A DNA stretch of 64,000 bases from Marsupella aquatica (Eukaryota > Plantae > Marchantiophyta): the NCBI GenBank assembly GCA_973895155.1, contig OZ316892.1, positions 5,106,510 through 5,170,509 on the forward strand, in the 5' to 3' direction. The notes beneath the pieces are model-generated. The model did no database searches. It was not told the DNA's origin and saw only the letters and a list, made by a program, of their open reading frames with translations. Of this stretch, positions 1 through 12,181 are shown one piece after another; within the stretch, counting starts at the first letter, position 1, and each line of letters opens with the position of its first letter. Position numbers and translations under genes: made by a program.

Positions 1-3000
1 CTTGAGCAATCTGCAAACTAAGTTCTCTTGGCAAGTCTTCATAAACCCTACTGGCTGTCTCATGAAGATCATCTCTTCCAAGTTGCCATAGAGAAAAGCA
101 GTAACAACATCCATCTGATCCATTACCAGACCAAAAATACAATAAACTGACACAAGATCCGAATTGTGGAATACGTTGCCACCAGTGGAAAGAGCTCATT
201 GTAATCCTCTCCTTTCTCCTTAGTGAATCCCTTGGCAACAAGCCTTGCCTTGTAGATCTTATCTCCACCCTCTGAAGGACTATCCTTCAACTTGTAAATC
301 CACTTGTTGTCCACCACTTGCTGATCTCTTGGAAGCTCCACCAACTCCCATGTCTTGTTGTGACTCAAAAATTGCAACTCCCTCTGCATTGTTGCATTCC
401 ACTGCTTCTGCTTTGAAGCACAAGCTTCACTGTATGAAAAAGGCTCTCCTTCTTCCAAGATCAAAGTCATGTCATCATCATCAGGTGCAATATCAATATC
501 ATCTAGCTTAGATGAGTCTGCCCATTGATCATACTTGGTAGGAGCTCTGGTAGAACGATTGGAAGTTCTTCTAGTAGATGACTCAGGCTGATCTGCTACT
601 GCTCCTGGTTGAATTTGAGGTACCCTAGCAACAATCTGCTCCTCTTGTTCCATCACAAGAACCGGCTCCAAGCCCGGAGCTTCTCCATCTCTCTTGTCAT
701 GAACAACATCATGACTAATCTTCCCCTCAACCCGGTCCGGGATGGGAGATTTTCCCTTGTCAGTATGGGAGTCCTGAGAACTCCCCCCCTCCTTTGATGA
801 TTTGGATTCATTAAAGGACACATCTCTACTAACAATTAGCTTACAGGTTACTGGATCCCATAACCTATAACCCTTCACGCCTTTCTGATAGCCAAGGAAA
901 ATGCACTTAGTTCTTTGACTTGGACTCTAGCTTGGATCGAAGCTGGGAAGGTGTAAGCACATATGCATCACATCCAAAAATCTTTAGATGTGAGTAATCT
1001 GGTGGATGCCCGTACCTCATTTCAAATGACATCTTGAATCCAATAGAACTGGATGGAGAAATTTACCAAATAAGCTGTAGTGTTGACAACTTCAGCCCAA
1101 AACTCATGTGGTAAGCATGATTGACTCAACATACTCCTTGAGCAGTCCAATAGTGTTCGATTGAGTCTCTCAAAAACACCATTCTGTTGAGGAGTATAAC
1201 TTGTTGTGAGATGGCGGGTAATCCCCTGCTCCTTACAATACGTTCCAAATTCCCCGGAACTGTATTCATCGTCATTATCCGATTGAAGATATCTCACCTT
1301 ACTACCAGTTTGATTTTCAACCTGGGCTTTCCACTCTTTAAAAGTGGCAAAAACATCAGACTTACTGTGTAGAAAGTATATCCACATATACCTTGAGTAA
1401 TCGTCTATGAACATGACATATTAGTATAACCATCCAGAATGTGAGGGAGTAGGGGCTGGACCCCATACATCGCTATGTACATACTCAAGTACCTCCTTGT
1501 TGGTGTGAGTTCCAACTCCAAAGGGTTTCCTGTGCTGCTTTCCAAGCACATAGTGCTCACAGAATTCCAACTTACAAGATTGCAAATTAGAAAGTAATTC
1601 TTTCTTCTGAAGAATAACCAAACCTTTTTCACTCATGTGGCCCAAACAAAAGTCCCACAGCCGGGTCATCTCTTCATGAGATAAGGTTACATTGGCTTCA
1701 TCATAGACTACACTGCCCTCCAAAATGTATAGATTATTATGTCGCTTTCCCTTCAATACAACTTTAGTACCAGTTAAAATCTGAAGGACACCATTAGCAA
1801 AACTCCACTGATAGCCATTTGCTTCTAGAACTCCAAGTGAAATTGAGATTTTTCATCATGCGAGGAATATGTCTCACATTCCTCAACGTTCTCACAACAT
1901 CATCAAACATCTGAAATCTAACAGATCCAAGTCCAACTACTTGACATGGGATTCCATTTCCCATCAACACTGACCCATTGGAAACTGTGTAAGAACAAAT
2001 CTCTCCTCGAGCAAATGTGAAAAGTACATGCACTATCTAGAATCCAGTCATCACTACCTGGATTTGACACTACGTTGAGAGCATAACCTTGGCATCGCAA
2101 TATGTCATCATGATCGAGCAAATCTACCTTATGCAAGCTCGATGCCGCGTTAGCTGATGCAGTAGGGTCCTTTACTCGACAATCCCTTTTCATGTGGCCA
2201 AGCTTGCCACATCTCCAACATGCAAGAGGCTTCCTCTCTTGCAATTTCCCTCTGGATTTAGATCTCTCCCGTGATGTAGATTGACTAAACCTGTTCTGCC
2301 CATTCGTGCATTGCGTTGGTCTTCCCATGTTCACGTTCAGCGCAGTGCCAGAAGAAGATGTTGTTTGTGATTGACCCAGCTTCTTCTGAGCATCATCAGA
2401 CAATAAAGAGCTCACCACCTCATTATACAAAATGGACTTTAGATCTCTACGCAAGAGCACCTGTTTCAAGCCCTGATATGACGGCGGTAAGGAGCTTAGC
2501 AGAAGTAAGGTCTTATCCTCATCTTCAACTCCTTTTCCCAAGTTTGACAAATCCACCGCTAAACTGTCAAACTCATCCAGGTGATCCTGCATCTTGCTCC
2601 CTTCCTTGAGCCTGAGGCTCATCAAGAGAAACTTCTTGTACAATTGGTCTGACGCATCTTCCCGGTAGTACTTCTCTCTTAGAGCCTTGAACAGTGACGC
2701 GCAATCCGCATAATCATCCAACTGCTTGATGATGTGCGGCTTGAGATAAAGCATCACTGTATTGACAGCAATCACCTGCTCCTGTCTCCACTGCTTCTCT
2801 GAGATCTCCTCCTCTCCATCATACAGCTCTCACGAAGAAAGCAGATGAGCTAAGCCCATGGCCCGTAGAACACTCTTCACTTGCTTCTCCCAGAGCAAGT
2901 AATCAGTATGACCATCGTACTTCTCCACCTCAAACTTCACTCCTCCAAATCTAGTCATCTCTCTTTCTTCCCCACTACTGACAGCTCTAGTAGTAGTACA

Positions 3001-3161
3001 GCTTCCTCCATTGCACGCCGCACCGGTGATTGTACAGGTGATACTTGTTCTTCCTCAAACGGTAGCAACTCCTCCTCAGACTCTCTGTTTGACCGTCGTG
3101 ATCCTGAAGTTCTACTGACGCCAATTCTTCCAGTATCCTCCGAGTCACTCATCTGAAACAA
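1..3161 (-). mobile_element. Ty1/copia LTR retrotransposon (Tnt1/Tork-like) gag-pol, frameshifted and truncated by the window edge
   Basis: Successive minus-strand ORFs give gag (DEDKTLLLLSSLPPSY, zinc knuckle CWRCGKLGHMKRDC), protease (WILDSACTFH), integrase (HSDVWGP, FIDDYSR, TPQQNGVFERLNRTL) and RT (NKTWELV, YKARLVAKGF). The order PR-INT-RT is the copia order. Several frameshifts and stops. Confidence 0.95.
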
Positions 3162-3689
3162 TCACAAAAAAAAGTCTTTTTTTGAAACTTCTCATAAAAC
3201 TCAAAACTCAACACTGCCGCATAGCCTACAAAGCTAGGAGTCCACTACTGAAAGCCAAATCAAAATCAAAATTCGACACAAAAGTTATTCAAATTTTGGT
3301 CGGGTGGGTAAAACCTTGGGAAACTCCCCCGTTTTGACCACCTCGGAGAATAACCAAAATACCAAGTACAACCCGTTGTCGGAATCTCAATGTGATTGGT
3401 GCGTCGTGTTGCCAACTTCAATGGCTACGTTTTCGCCCAAAAAGAACCAAAAAAGTTACCATTTGGCGGACGTAATCTTTGTAGGATGGCCAAAAAATAG
3501 CTCTCTATTTTTTGGGAATATTCCTGCACAATACAACAAATCTTATAGGGGGCCATTCTGCCTGTCAAAGCGGTTAAAATGGAGGGTCACCAGTCCCGGG
3601 ACAGCCAATAGCATCAAACCGGGAAAAAACAAAAAATGGGCCCTTAAAAGGGGGGTTTAAGCCCTTTTAACTAAAAATATTGTGTATAA

Positions 3690-3735
3690 GGACCGGGATC
3701 CAACGTGCGTATGATCACTATATTCATTAAAACTG
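3690..3735 (+). repeat. Left terminal inverted repeat of the large DNA transposon
   Basis: Inverted match to 16459-16528. Confidence 0.75.
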
Positions 3736-3967
3736 TACTTTTAAAAGTCCATAAGATGAACCCTAAAGTTGTTTTTTTTCAGGCCAAATTTCTATTAAAG
3801 CATTCCCAAAAGCTAATTTTTTCAGCCCAAATATACACTTTTGAATGCCCGAAATTTTGTTTTTTTTCACCCAAATGTTTAATAATAACTTAAATCATAT
3901 ATTCTAATTAATTTAAAAATTAGAGTAAATCTGATTTAGTCCAAAAATCAGAGGCCAATACCACTCA

Positions 3968-3999
3968 GACCATCTATAAATTAAAAAATATAGATGGTC
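3968..3999. other. 11-bp-stem hairpin downstream of the cargo gene
   Basis: GACCATCTATA-(AT-rich loop)-TATAGATGGTC is a perfect inverted repeat. Confidence 0.6.
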
Positions 4000-4178
4000 A
4001 TAAATCAAGGGTCAAAATGAGATTGATCCACTGTATAATTATTAAATTGTCCAGTCCAGTGAGAGAGCCTCACACTAAGCATATCCTAATTATTTACTTT
4101 ATCCTACATGTTCAAAACATATCATTTGACATAATATGAATGTACAATTCAAGGTAGGCACTAGAACAACCCTATCTC

Positions 4179-5217
4179 CTAATGATCAAGACAAAACTCA
4201 TTTGAACAAGAAAGACTGCTTCCTGATTTATCATAGCGTATGTCACGGTTGCAAGTATCTCTCGCATGGTGGTTCTTAAACTTATTGGTGAAATTCCTAG
4301 TTCTGAGAACTTTCCAAATAAAATGCCTTCTATTTTGTCTATGAGGACCAGAATAGTTGTCTCCAAGTATTGCGTTTGTAGTTTCTTCGATCTCATCCGT
4401 GGTCCACGTCTCCAGTGGTGGGTAATGCTGCACCTCGTTCTTTCCGTCCCAAGGAATCTCTTCAGGAGTCACATCCAAGATGGTTCCAAACTCCTTATGG
4501 ATACAACGACAATCTCCCCACTTCTGTTCCAAAAGAGCATAGATGGCAGCATGATCCTCCTTGCTTGTTAATAAATTGAAAACAGACCACTTTGGATTGT
4601 TGACAGTGATATAATGTTGAACACAGTAAGCCTTTCTCAATTTGCAAAGATACGGCCATAATATCTCGGGCAAAAAAGTGTCATTTGAAGCTGTGTGAGT
4701 AAATGGATTTGGAAACAATCCATTCACGTCATAATTCAAAAATGCCTTCAATGGAGAATCATCAATAAGAACTGTATTAGAAGCATCATATTTTTTTGGA
4801 AAACGATCCCAAATGGTTTGCAAATTCTTCAGAAGTAAATTGGCCTTCCCATCTGTTATATCTGGCCTTTGGATGCAACTATCAAAGGTATCTTCTTGAG
4901 TAAAGACAAACTTGAACTTCTGTCGCTCCTCCTCAGTGAAAATCAACTCCATTAAGTCCATTGTTTTTGGCCTCCTTGCACAGGTCCAAATTGCGACGTC
5001 AAAAACCATGAAAGCTGCATATAGAAATTCGTGGAGGTATGGGTGCTCCACATACATGAAATTAAACCCTCCACGTCTCCCCCAGTGCACACCACGTAAA
5101 CTTGTCTGATTTCGCCATGGTCCTGAGCTTCTGGTCTTAATGCAATCCCAACAAATCTTGTTAAGGTCAAGAACCAAGAGCTTCGCCGGATCGGAGAGTG
5201 TAGTATTGGAGTGAATT
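4179..5217 (-). CDS. FCP1/NIF-like HAD phosphatase domain; probable last exon of the transposon cargo gene
   Basis: Motifs KLLVLDLN (HAD motif I variant), HPYLHEFL, FDVAIWT, LLKNLQTIW, NTVLIDDSPLKAFLN. Candidate acceptor ttttaatgtttccag immediately upstream. Confidence 0.8.
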
Positions 5218-5559
5218 CTGGAAACATTAAAATAAGCCCTTAGTCAATGCGACTCAAAGTTTAAACAATTACTACAGAGGAAAACTCTCAAAATTTGAAA
5301 TCAAACAAACTTTGTTATAGCATTTGAAGTAGAGAGGAATGACCCTGGGGCGACCCTCCTAGAAAAACATTAATTACATTTTTAGATCCAAAGTATACCT
5401 GGGTCAAACCCTTCCTCCACAGCAACGCTTTCCGAGGGAATGCCAACAAAATCCTTTGAGGAAGGAGATTCTACGACGGAACTTTGGTCTATAAAAAAGT
5501 ATATTATTACAAAGATAAAGCTTAGATTGTCATTAAAATACCAAGAACCAAAGAAAGGG

Positions 5560-7884
5560 CTAATAATTTCCAATGCTAAAATGCCCAAATTCATCTATTG
5601 TTTGATCACCTAGAACACTCTGTATCTCGGAATTGATACCACTGGGAAGTTGCTCTTCAAAGGATGGGGGTGCAAAAACTGGGCTCAGTCTCAAGTTCAG
5701 TTTTTTGTAATCTGATTTTGCCATTATCTTTGGAGCATCGTCTAGTGATTCTATCATTCCAACCTTTGGTCCATTTCTCCATATAAAATGAGTTGCAGGA
5801 CGGACTATTTTCATATATCCAGTCCTGCCAATCTCGGATCCAGAATTTTGTGAAAATGATAATACTACGGGGCTTCATGTAGAAGCACTTGTAAAAACCA
5901 ATTTAGTCTCTAATGAGCAATATAGAGGAGACAGGGGAGGATTTGAAGCACCTGCCTTCTCTTCTTCATTTGCAGCGGTCTCAGGTACTTGACGATCATC
6001 CTCCTTTGCAAGCGCAATGTCTGACATTTCTCCCAATTCTACTGCATCAATATTGCCTAGATCATCTGCGGTTGCCTTCCAATGTGCGTCCGATGTGGAC
6101 GATGTAAGATCTGGGTCCGACTGGTGCATCCAATTCTCTACACCGACAAAGGGATTTCTTGGTGGGTCGCCCTCAGGTCGACCCACAACATCGGCCAACC
6201 CCACACCAAAGTAGGGAATACCTACCACTTGTGTTCCACGTTCATCCAAATTTTGGGTGACCCTATCGTCTGTGTCGTGATCCAATTCTCCTTCCTCAAT
6301 CTCATCTTCGCCCTGGTCTACGCCTTCTTTGGCGCCAACATGCTCGGAAACCCCATCGCGGGCTCTACCAAATTTGGAACTGCCCATCCGGTCACTCATT
6401 ATGGAAGGAACTTTCTTGCAGAGAACCCTTCCATATGCCTGAGTGAAATCATATTCATCCTTAGTGTCTGAATACGCAAAGCATTCTCTGAAACACAACA
6501 ATGACACCTTCATAACCTGTCCTCCCGAGAAAAAGTCAAGTATAGTCTCCCCTTCAGCCAAAAAAAATTCAATAATACTCTACAACATACATTTTGGCTT
6601 AGCGTGAATATTCACAAAGCCACCTCTACTTCCCACCATCTCAAACATGGGAGCCTTTTGTAAGAAATCTCCAATGTGAAATGCCGAAGTTGACTCAGTC
6701 TCTGTCTCCTTACTTGTCTTACTCTTATTCTTATCTCGCTTCTCCGTCTTGTCTTCCACTTGGAAATTAGGGTCGATCGCCGAATTGTAAGAAAATTGGC
6801 AATTAAATCCAGGCCTGAACACTTGCTTCCAATCAAATTTCTCCTCAGTGGTGATTCCTGCAAAGATTATCTCCTCCATACCACAACTGAAAAGTAAGCC
6901 CTCTAGAACTGGTGTATCACTCCGTCGATAGCTCCCGTAGTCAACGTGGATGTCCATTCCCTTTTCATGTTGCAATTTCCTAAGGGCACTCAAAATGTTT
7001 GCAGCAAGTGGCCCCGGATGCACAGTCATGACAACAACAATTGTTGGATTTCTTGGAAGATCCACAATGTATTGCAGTAATGCAATAATTTCAGCATCGG
7101 TCCAAACATGTTGTCGGAGCCTACTGAAGTCAACAATGGCAAGAGGACACAAAGGCGAAGGCTCTTGTAGCATTTCCGGCACGGTCGTCTTCATCAAATT
7201 ATCACTAAAAAATATCAAGAAAGGCTCCGTGCGAGAACGACCAATCCCACCAAATTCTTTACAATACAACCCATCTAGTCTGACCATCAGACTTTGTGGG
7301 AAACTCTCCTTGACCACATTCTTCTTCAATGAATTGTTGAGGTAAACCTCAGCCACTGCTCTCCTCAATTTTGTCATCTCAAGCTCAGATTTCAAGGAAG
7401 GCAACAATATCACTAGAGACTCCCAAGATGTGCCAACAGGAAACTTCTCACGATACTTTTCCATGAAATAGCCAATAATGACTGTTCTCAATTTGGACAT
7501 TATCTTGATTGTAAGGGCCAAGTCTCCCATTGCGACAAGCTCTGATTTGTTGGTGATATCCTTCTTCAGCAAGGCACGCTCCTCTTCAACGTCCTTCAAG
7601 ATCTCAATTATCTGTTTGCTACTAATCTCTCCTTCAAAGCATCGAAAGGTACCGGGAGTGATCAATTTTGGGGGTCTTGGCCCTCCATACCCACCAGCCC
7701 CGTCTTGGAGCTTCCCACTCAACCATTTTGCACACACGTTCCGCCATAATTCAAAGAGCTCATCTTCGGCAAAAAGTAACCAATAAATGCTCTTTAGGCT
7801 TGACTTCCCCATTGTAACCTTTGCCAGGGCAAACCAATCCTGCATATCCAATGGACTTGACATTAGTTTCAGGGTACAATGCAT
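5560..7884 (-). pseudogene. Cargo gene middle part: beta-class (N6/N4) DNA amino-methyltransferase-like domain plus acidic linker; in-frame stops at 6580 and 5875
   Basis: ORFs 6580-7884, 5875-6561 and 5560-5814 share one frame. Reading through the stop gives VNIHAKPKCML*SIIEFFLAEGETILDFFSGGQVMKVSLLCFRECFAYSD, which resembles the HPTQKP..L...I...S.EGD.VLDPF.GSG......GR..IG.E consensus. The putative motif IV position reads LAIVDFSR instead of DPPY/SPPY. Confidence 0.65.
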
Positions 7885-7925
7885 ATGTTAGAAAATTTAT
7901 ACCTATGTTTGAAACAGGCTAAGCC

Positions 7926-8105
7926 GCCTCGCCCCAAGGGCGTGGCGAACCTCTACATCTAACCGCAATTGACTGAAATGGAACTAGGGAATTATTCTTA
8001 GAGAGACTAGTCTAGGTTGCCTTGCCCTCAGGGCGAGGCAGACATTTGCTTTAATATTCTAACCAAGGAAAACAAGACAAGGCAGCCTCGCCCTTGGGGC
8101 GAGGC
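7926..8105. repeat. Three dispersed copies of palindrome GCCTCGCCC-N3-GGGCGAGGC in a probable intron
   Basis: Copies at 7926, 8019 and 8085, between ORFs 8191-9435 and 6580-7884. Confidence 0.9.
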
Positions 8106-8190
8106 AAACCTCTACCACTGGCAATCTTTAAACAACGCGGATCAAGAATAGTTTACGTTGCTCCAATATGTACATGATAGTTTTTCCTGT

Positions 8191-9435
8191 CTATATTTTG
8201 ATTGGTCCAATCCCTGGACGCGGCGGTTTCCCGCACTCCTCAAACTGCCTACGTGCATGAACAATAGTCTCTAAAAAACAAGACTTAAATTGCATAGTAT
8301 CATTGACAGCACTCGATAAACTTGAATGCTCAACCAAAATTGTCTTCGGAGTGAGGTCAGATAGGATCCTTGCTTTCCTATACTTTAGTTTGTTGGCAAG
8401 ATCTGTCAGCTTGGCGTCAGTCTCGGCCCACCCTTGGATCCATTGGGCAGCTCTTGCAGAATGCTGGCCACTGATGGCAAGGAATTGGATCTCATGCCTC
8501 TTCACACCAATCAAAAACTCTTTCCTATCCTGAGGTGTGTTGTCATAATGAAGCAACTGTTTAGTGCTCTCGCGATACGGAATCAAATCAGCAACTTGTG
8601 GTTCCTGTCCAGGGTTTTTCATCATAGACTTTGATATCTCCATTGCATGCGAAAGATTGAACATTCGATATACAAAAATGGCTGATGGCAGAATAATACT
8701 TTTTACAAGAATATCAAAAACTTCGCGGATGCCAAAAGTATAATACTGCTCAATATTACGCAAAACCTCTTGGCCTTTGAGCACATCATCTTCTTTGTGT
8801 CCTTCTGTCGGACACATATCATCCTCTGGATGCAAGACAAAGTTTGAAGTCGACGCTGACATTGGTTTTGATTTCGCAACCTTTGCCTTCTTTGTGTGCT
8901 TTTTTTGGGGGCCCTCATCATCTTCATTTTTTTTAGCCATCTTCTTACGGCGTGAACTCCCAGATTGTTTCTCTTGTTGAACAACCGGCTCTCGAAGCTT
9001 TCGTTTCTTCTCTGTCTTTGATTGCGCGCTTCTTTCCACTGTCTTCTTTCTCTCCTTTGCCTTATGCTTTGCTTCTTTTTTCTTCATCTCTGAAATCCAC
9101 GTCCGGCACGCGGCCTCTTGAAACTCTGGACAAAAAATGAAACTCTTGTCGATTGCTTGCTCGTATGAAAAATGTGCCTTCTCAATCATCCTTTGAACTA
9201 TCCAAGTAGACGGAGGGTCCACACTGTTCGCATTGTCATGCATGTGCTTCTTTACGTAGAGAAATCCAAACACTAGGTTAACTCCACTTATTTGAGAATG
9301 CGTCTTCTCAAACATCTGATCAATTGTTACTCCATCTGGGAAGAATCCCATATCAGCTATGCTTATCTCCAATCGAGCCATCCACTCAACATTCAGTAAA
9401 GTCAAGTAGAGTTTTATTGGCACCAGAAGTCTCAT
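8191..9435 (-). pseudogene. Cargo gene N-terminal part: Lys-rich low-complexity region plus ParB/Sulfiredoxin-like domain
   Basis: 414-aa ORF containing VYRMFNLSHAMEISKSM...FLAISGQHSARAA, resembling the ParB/Srx R...l..s...(I/V)xGxHR motif. A probable first exon lies at 10634-10466 (MSTSSSSEAS...FPR, GTAAG donor). Confidence 0.6.
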
Positions 9436-9770
9436 CCACTAAGATTTCTCATTGGACTCAACAATAATTGTTGCATTGCGGTTGTTGTCCGTGTCACAAG
9501 GACGACTGGACCTAGAGTAACAATTGTCTTGCGGTCATTCAATTGACTTGTGAGGCCCTTGAAACAAATCAAGAGACTGCCTTTCGCCGACACCCAACTT
9601 CTAGTGCCCATCTAAATCCTGGAGTATCTTGGTCAGGGAAAACAAAGTCCTTGATATCCTCATCCATAATATTTAACTCCGGCTTCTCAAGATTTTTTCT
9701 TGGTAAGAAACATTGAAAAAAATGGTCAACATCATATTTTTAACATTGACATGTGGAAAACTTTCAAGGT

Positions 9771-10438
9771 GCCTCGCCCTTGGGGCGAGGCGACAAATAG
9801 AAGATTGCAAAAGCTTCTTTGCTCCTAGTGCAATTAGCCCTGCCACCTCATCCAAGCAATCAAACATTATTTAGGAATGCAGACGACATCGCCTCGCCCC
9901 AAGGGCGAGGCAACTTCTGGGAAAGCAAACAACATTTAGGAATGCAGACAACATCGCCTCGCCCCAAGGGCGAGGCAACTTTTGGGAAAGTAGACAACAT
10001 TTAGAAATGCAGAGGACATCGCCTCACCCCAAGGGTGAGGCAACTTCTGGGAAAGCAGACAACATTTAGGAATGTAGAGGACATCGCCTCGCCCCAAGGG
10101 CAAGGCAACTTCAGGGAATGCAGACAACATTTAGGAATGCAGATAACATCGCCTCGCCCCAAGGGTGAGGCAACTTCTGGGAATGCAGACTACATTTTAG
10201 GAATGCAGACGAAATTGCCTCGCCCCAAAAGCGAGGCAAAAAATAGAATATAGCTAAAGATCCTTTATTAAAGTAAGATACAAGGTCCAATATGCCTTCG
10301 GAGCAACAAAAAATCTAGAATGAAGTAGACGTCGCCTTGACCTTGGGGCGAGGCGACTGCAAAGGAATATAGAAATTTTCCTAATAAGAAGTTTGAAATC
10401 CAAATTAAAGTAAAGTTGCCTCGCCCTAAGGGCGAGGC
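9771..10438. repeat. 65-bp tandem array (~5.7 units, 9871-10240) plus flanking copies, each carrying the GCCTCGCCC-N3-GGGCGAGGC palindrome
   Basis: Palindromes at 9771, 9891, 9956, 10021, 10086, 10151, 10217, 10334 and 10418. Unit: TTAGGAATGCAGACGACATCGCCTCGCCCCAAGGGCGAGGCAACTTCTGGGAAAGCAAACAACAT. Confidence 0.95.
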
Positions 10439-11787
10439 AAGAAGTTGAAGCAGGTGGTGCCTTACGTGGAAAAGTTAACTGGGCTTTCTTTGACGCCTCC
10501 AACGCATTGTTAACCAATTTTTGGACATCCGGATCTTTAGGGTCATATTCATACAGAGAGTTATAATTGAAGTTCAATGACTCTTCAGAACTGGCGGAGG
10601 TGGTGGAAGCTTCAGAACTGGAGGAAGTAGACATTGTAAGGGGCGAAAGAGATTTAAGATGACACATGGCAGCAATGGAGAATGCCACAGGCTGCAAGAG
10701 GGCACTAACAGGCAAACAATGATCAATGGAGCGACCCAAAAGAGAAGGGAGCAAGGCGGAAATAAAAGCCTTAGAGCAAGGCGAAAACAAAAGCCCAAGA
10801 GCGAGGCAAGAGGGAGGCAAGGAGTGAGGAGACGAGAGAGGAACCCGGAGAGGAGGAAAGAGAGGAGGCAAGAAGGAGGCAAGGAAATGAGGCCTCACGC
10901 GCAAGGCCTGCCTTCCTATACCCCCTGCGAGCGAGGAGTCTAAGGAGGCAAGGATCCGAGAGGATACGGAGGCATCAATGCGCGCCAATGATGGAGATCC
11001 TCCTCGCTGCATGTGCTCGTGAGTCACCTGTGATGGTGTGACCACTCACGACCACTCGCGACTCACCTACCAATTTTAAACTTCCAAGCTGTCAGCGGTG
11101 TGCGCTCGCAACTCACCTATCACTCATGAGTGATTGGCTGACACCCTATCCGATGTCTACTTGTGTGCTGGGTGCGTGCCTGATCCACCCGTGCCCGATC
11201 TGTTGGTGTCCACTCGTGTGCTGGGTAATGTGTGGGCTTTTTGCCTCTCAAACTGAGTATAGACCTCCCACAATCCATTTTTTGGTTCATTGTCATTTAG
11301 ACAGTGATTGGTACGGTCATTGACTCTCCTCTGTCCAAGTGCCTTGTTTAGGTCCGCATGGTTGAATGCAAGGTTTAGTAAGGGCACTGGTGAGCACTGT
11401 GGTGCTAAGAGTTACAATGCTGGCATCCTAGGTACCCATTTAGCTTGTACAAGGGTGGGTAGAGATATATTGCGGAGCAGGTTAGTGATTTTATTTATTT
11501 ATCTTAGAAGTAGTAGCTCAATTGCATCTAATTCAATACCTTTAAGCCAAACCTAGATTAAGATTTACACATTAGGTTCTAGATCATATATTTTACTCAT
11601 TTCTAGACTTTTATCCACACTCTAGCATGTGTAGAACTTACTGTACCCCTTTGTGTGATTACTAACATAGTTTCTAGAAGTGGGTCGGAATTATTTCGTG
11701 CCGACCTGACTATGTCATCTTAACTAGCATTTTAATCTGGTATATAAAAGCATAAGCAAGATAGTTTCACGAATAGTTTTGACATAA

Positions 11788-12110
11788 TTTCAACTTAATA
11801 GTTGGAGTAGGGTCAAAATAATTCTGACCCAACTTGTCAATGTTTAGTAAATTCAATCATTTTAAGACATATTGTTGGAGGAGGGTCGAAATAATTCCGA
11901 CCCAACTTGTAAATGTTTAGTCAATTCAATCATTTTAAGACATATTGTTGGAGGAGGGTCGAAATAATTCTGACCCGACTTGTAAATGTTTAGCCAATTC
12001 AATCATTTTAAGACATATTGTTGTCAGAGGGTCGGAATAAGTTCGACCCAACTTGAATGTGTTTAGGGTTTTGAGTGATTTTACAATATTTTTTGGAGGA
12101 GAGTCCAGAT
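11788..12110. repeat. 73-bp tandem array (~4 units) with palindrome GGGTCG-AAATAATTC-CGACCC
   Basis: GGGTC cores at 11810, 11883, 11956 and 12029 (exact 73-nt spacing), with a degenerate copy at ~11682. Lies just upstream of the acceptor ttgaatacag at ~12168. Confidence 0.93.
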
Positions 12111-12181
12111 TTTGAAACATGATTGTAACATGGGGAACTTAACAATTTCTAACTTTATTTGAATACAGATAGTCCGCTATC

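Noticed and set aside
3950-3963. Copia primer-binding site (rc TGGTATTGGCCTC)
   Set aside because: Poor match to the tRNA-Met PBS TGGTATCAGAGC, no adjacent LTR end, and it lies inside the DNA transposon.
9871-10240. CRISPR array (regularly spaced palindromic repeats)
   Set aside because: The sequences between hairpins are copies of each other, not unique spacers. No cas genes, and the context is eukaryotic.
10254-11045. 263-aa minus-strand ORF as a standalone gene
   Set aside because: Only 10634-10466 looks like a real exon. The rest is CT-rich leader or palindrome-containing intron.
11788-12110. Second CRISPR-like array
   Set aside because: The whole 73-bp unit is repeated; no unique spacers.
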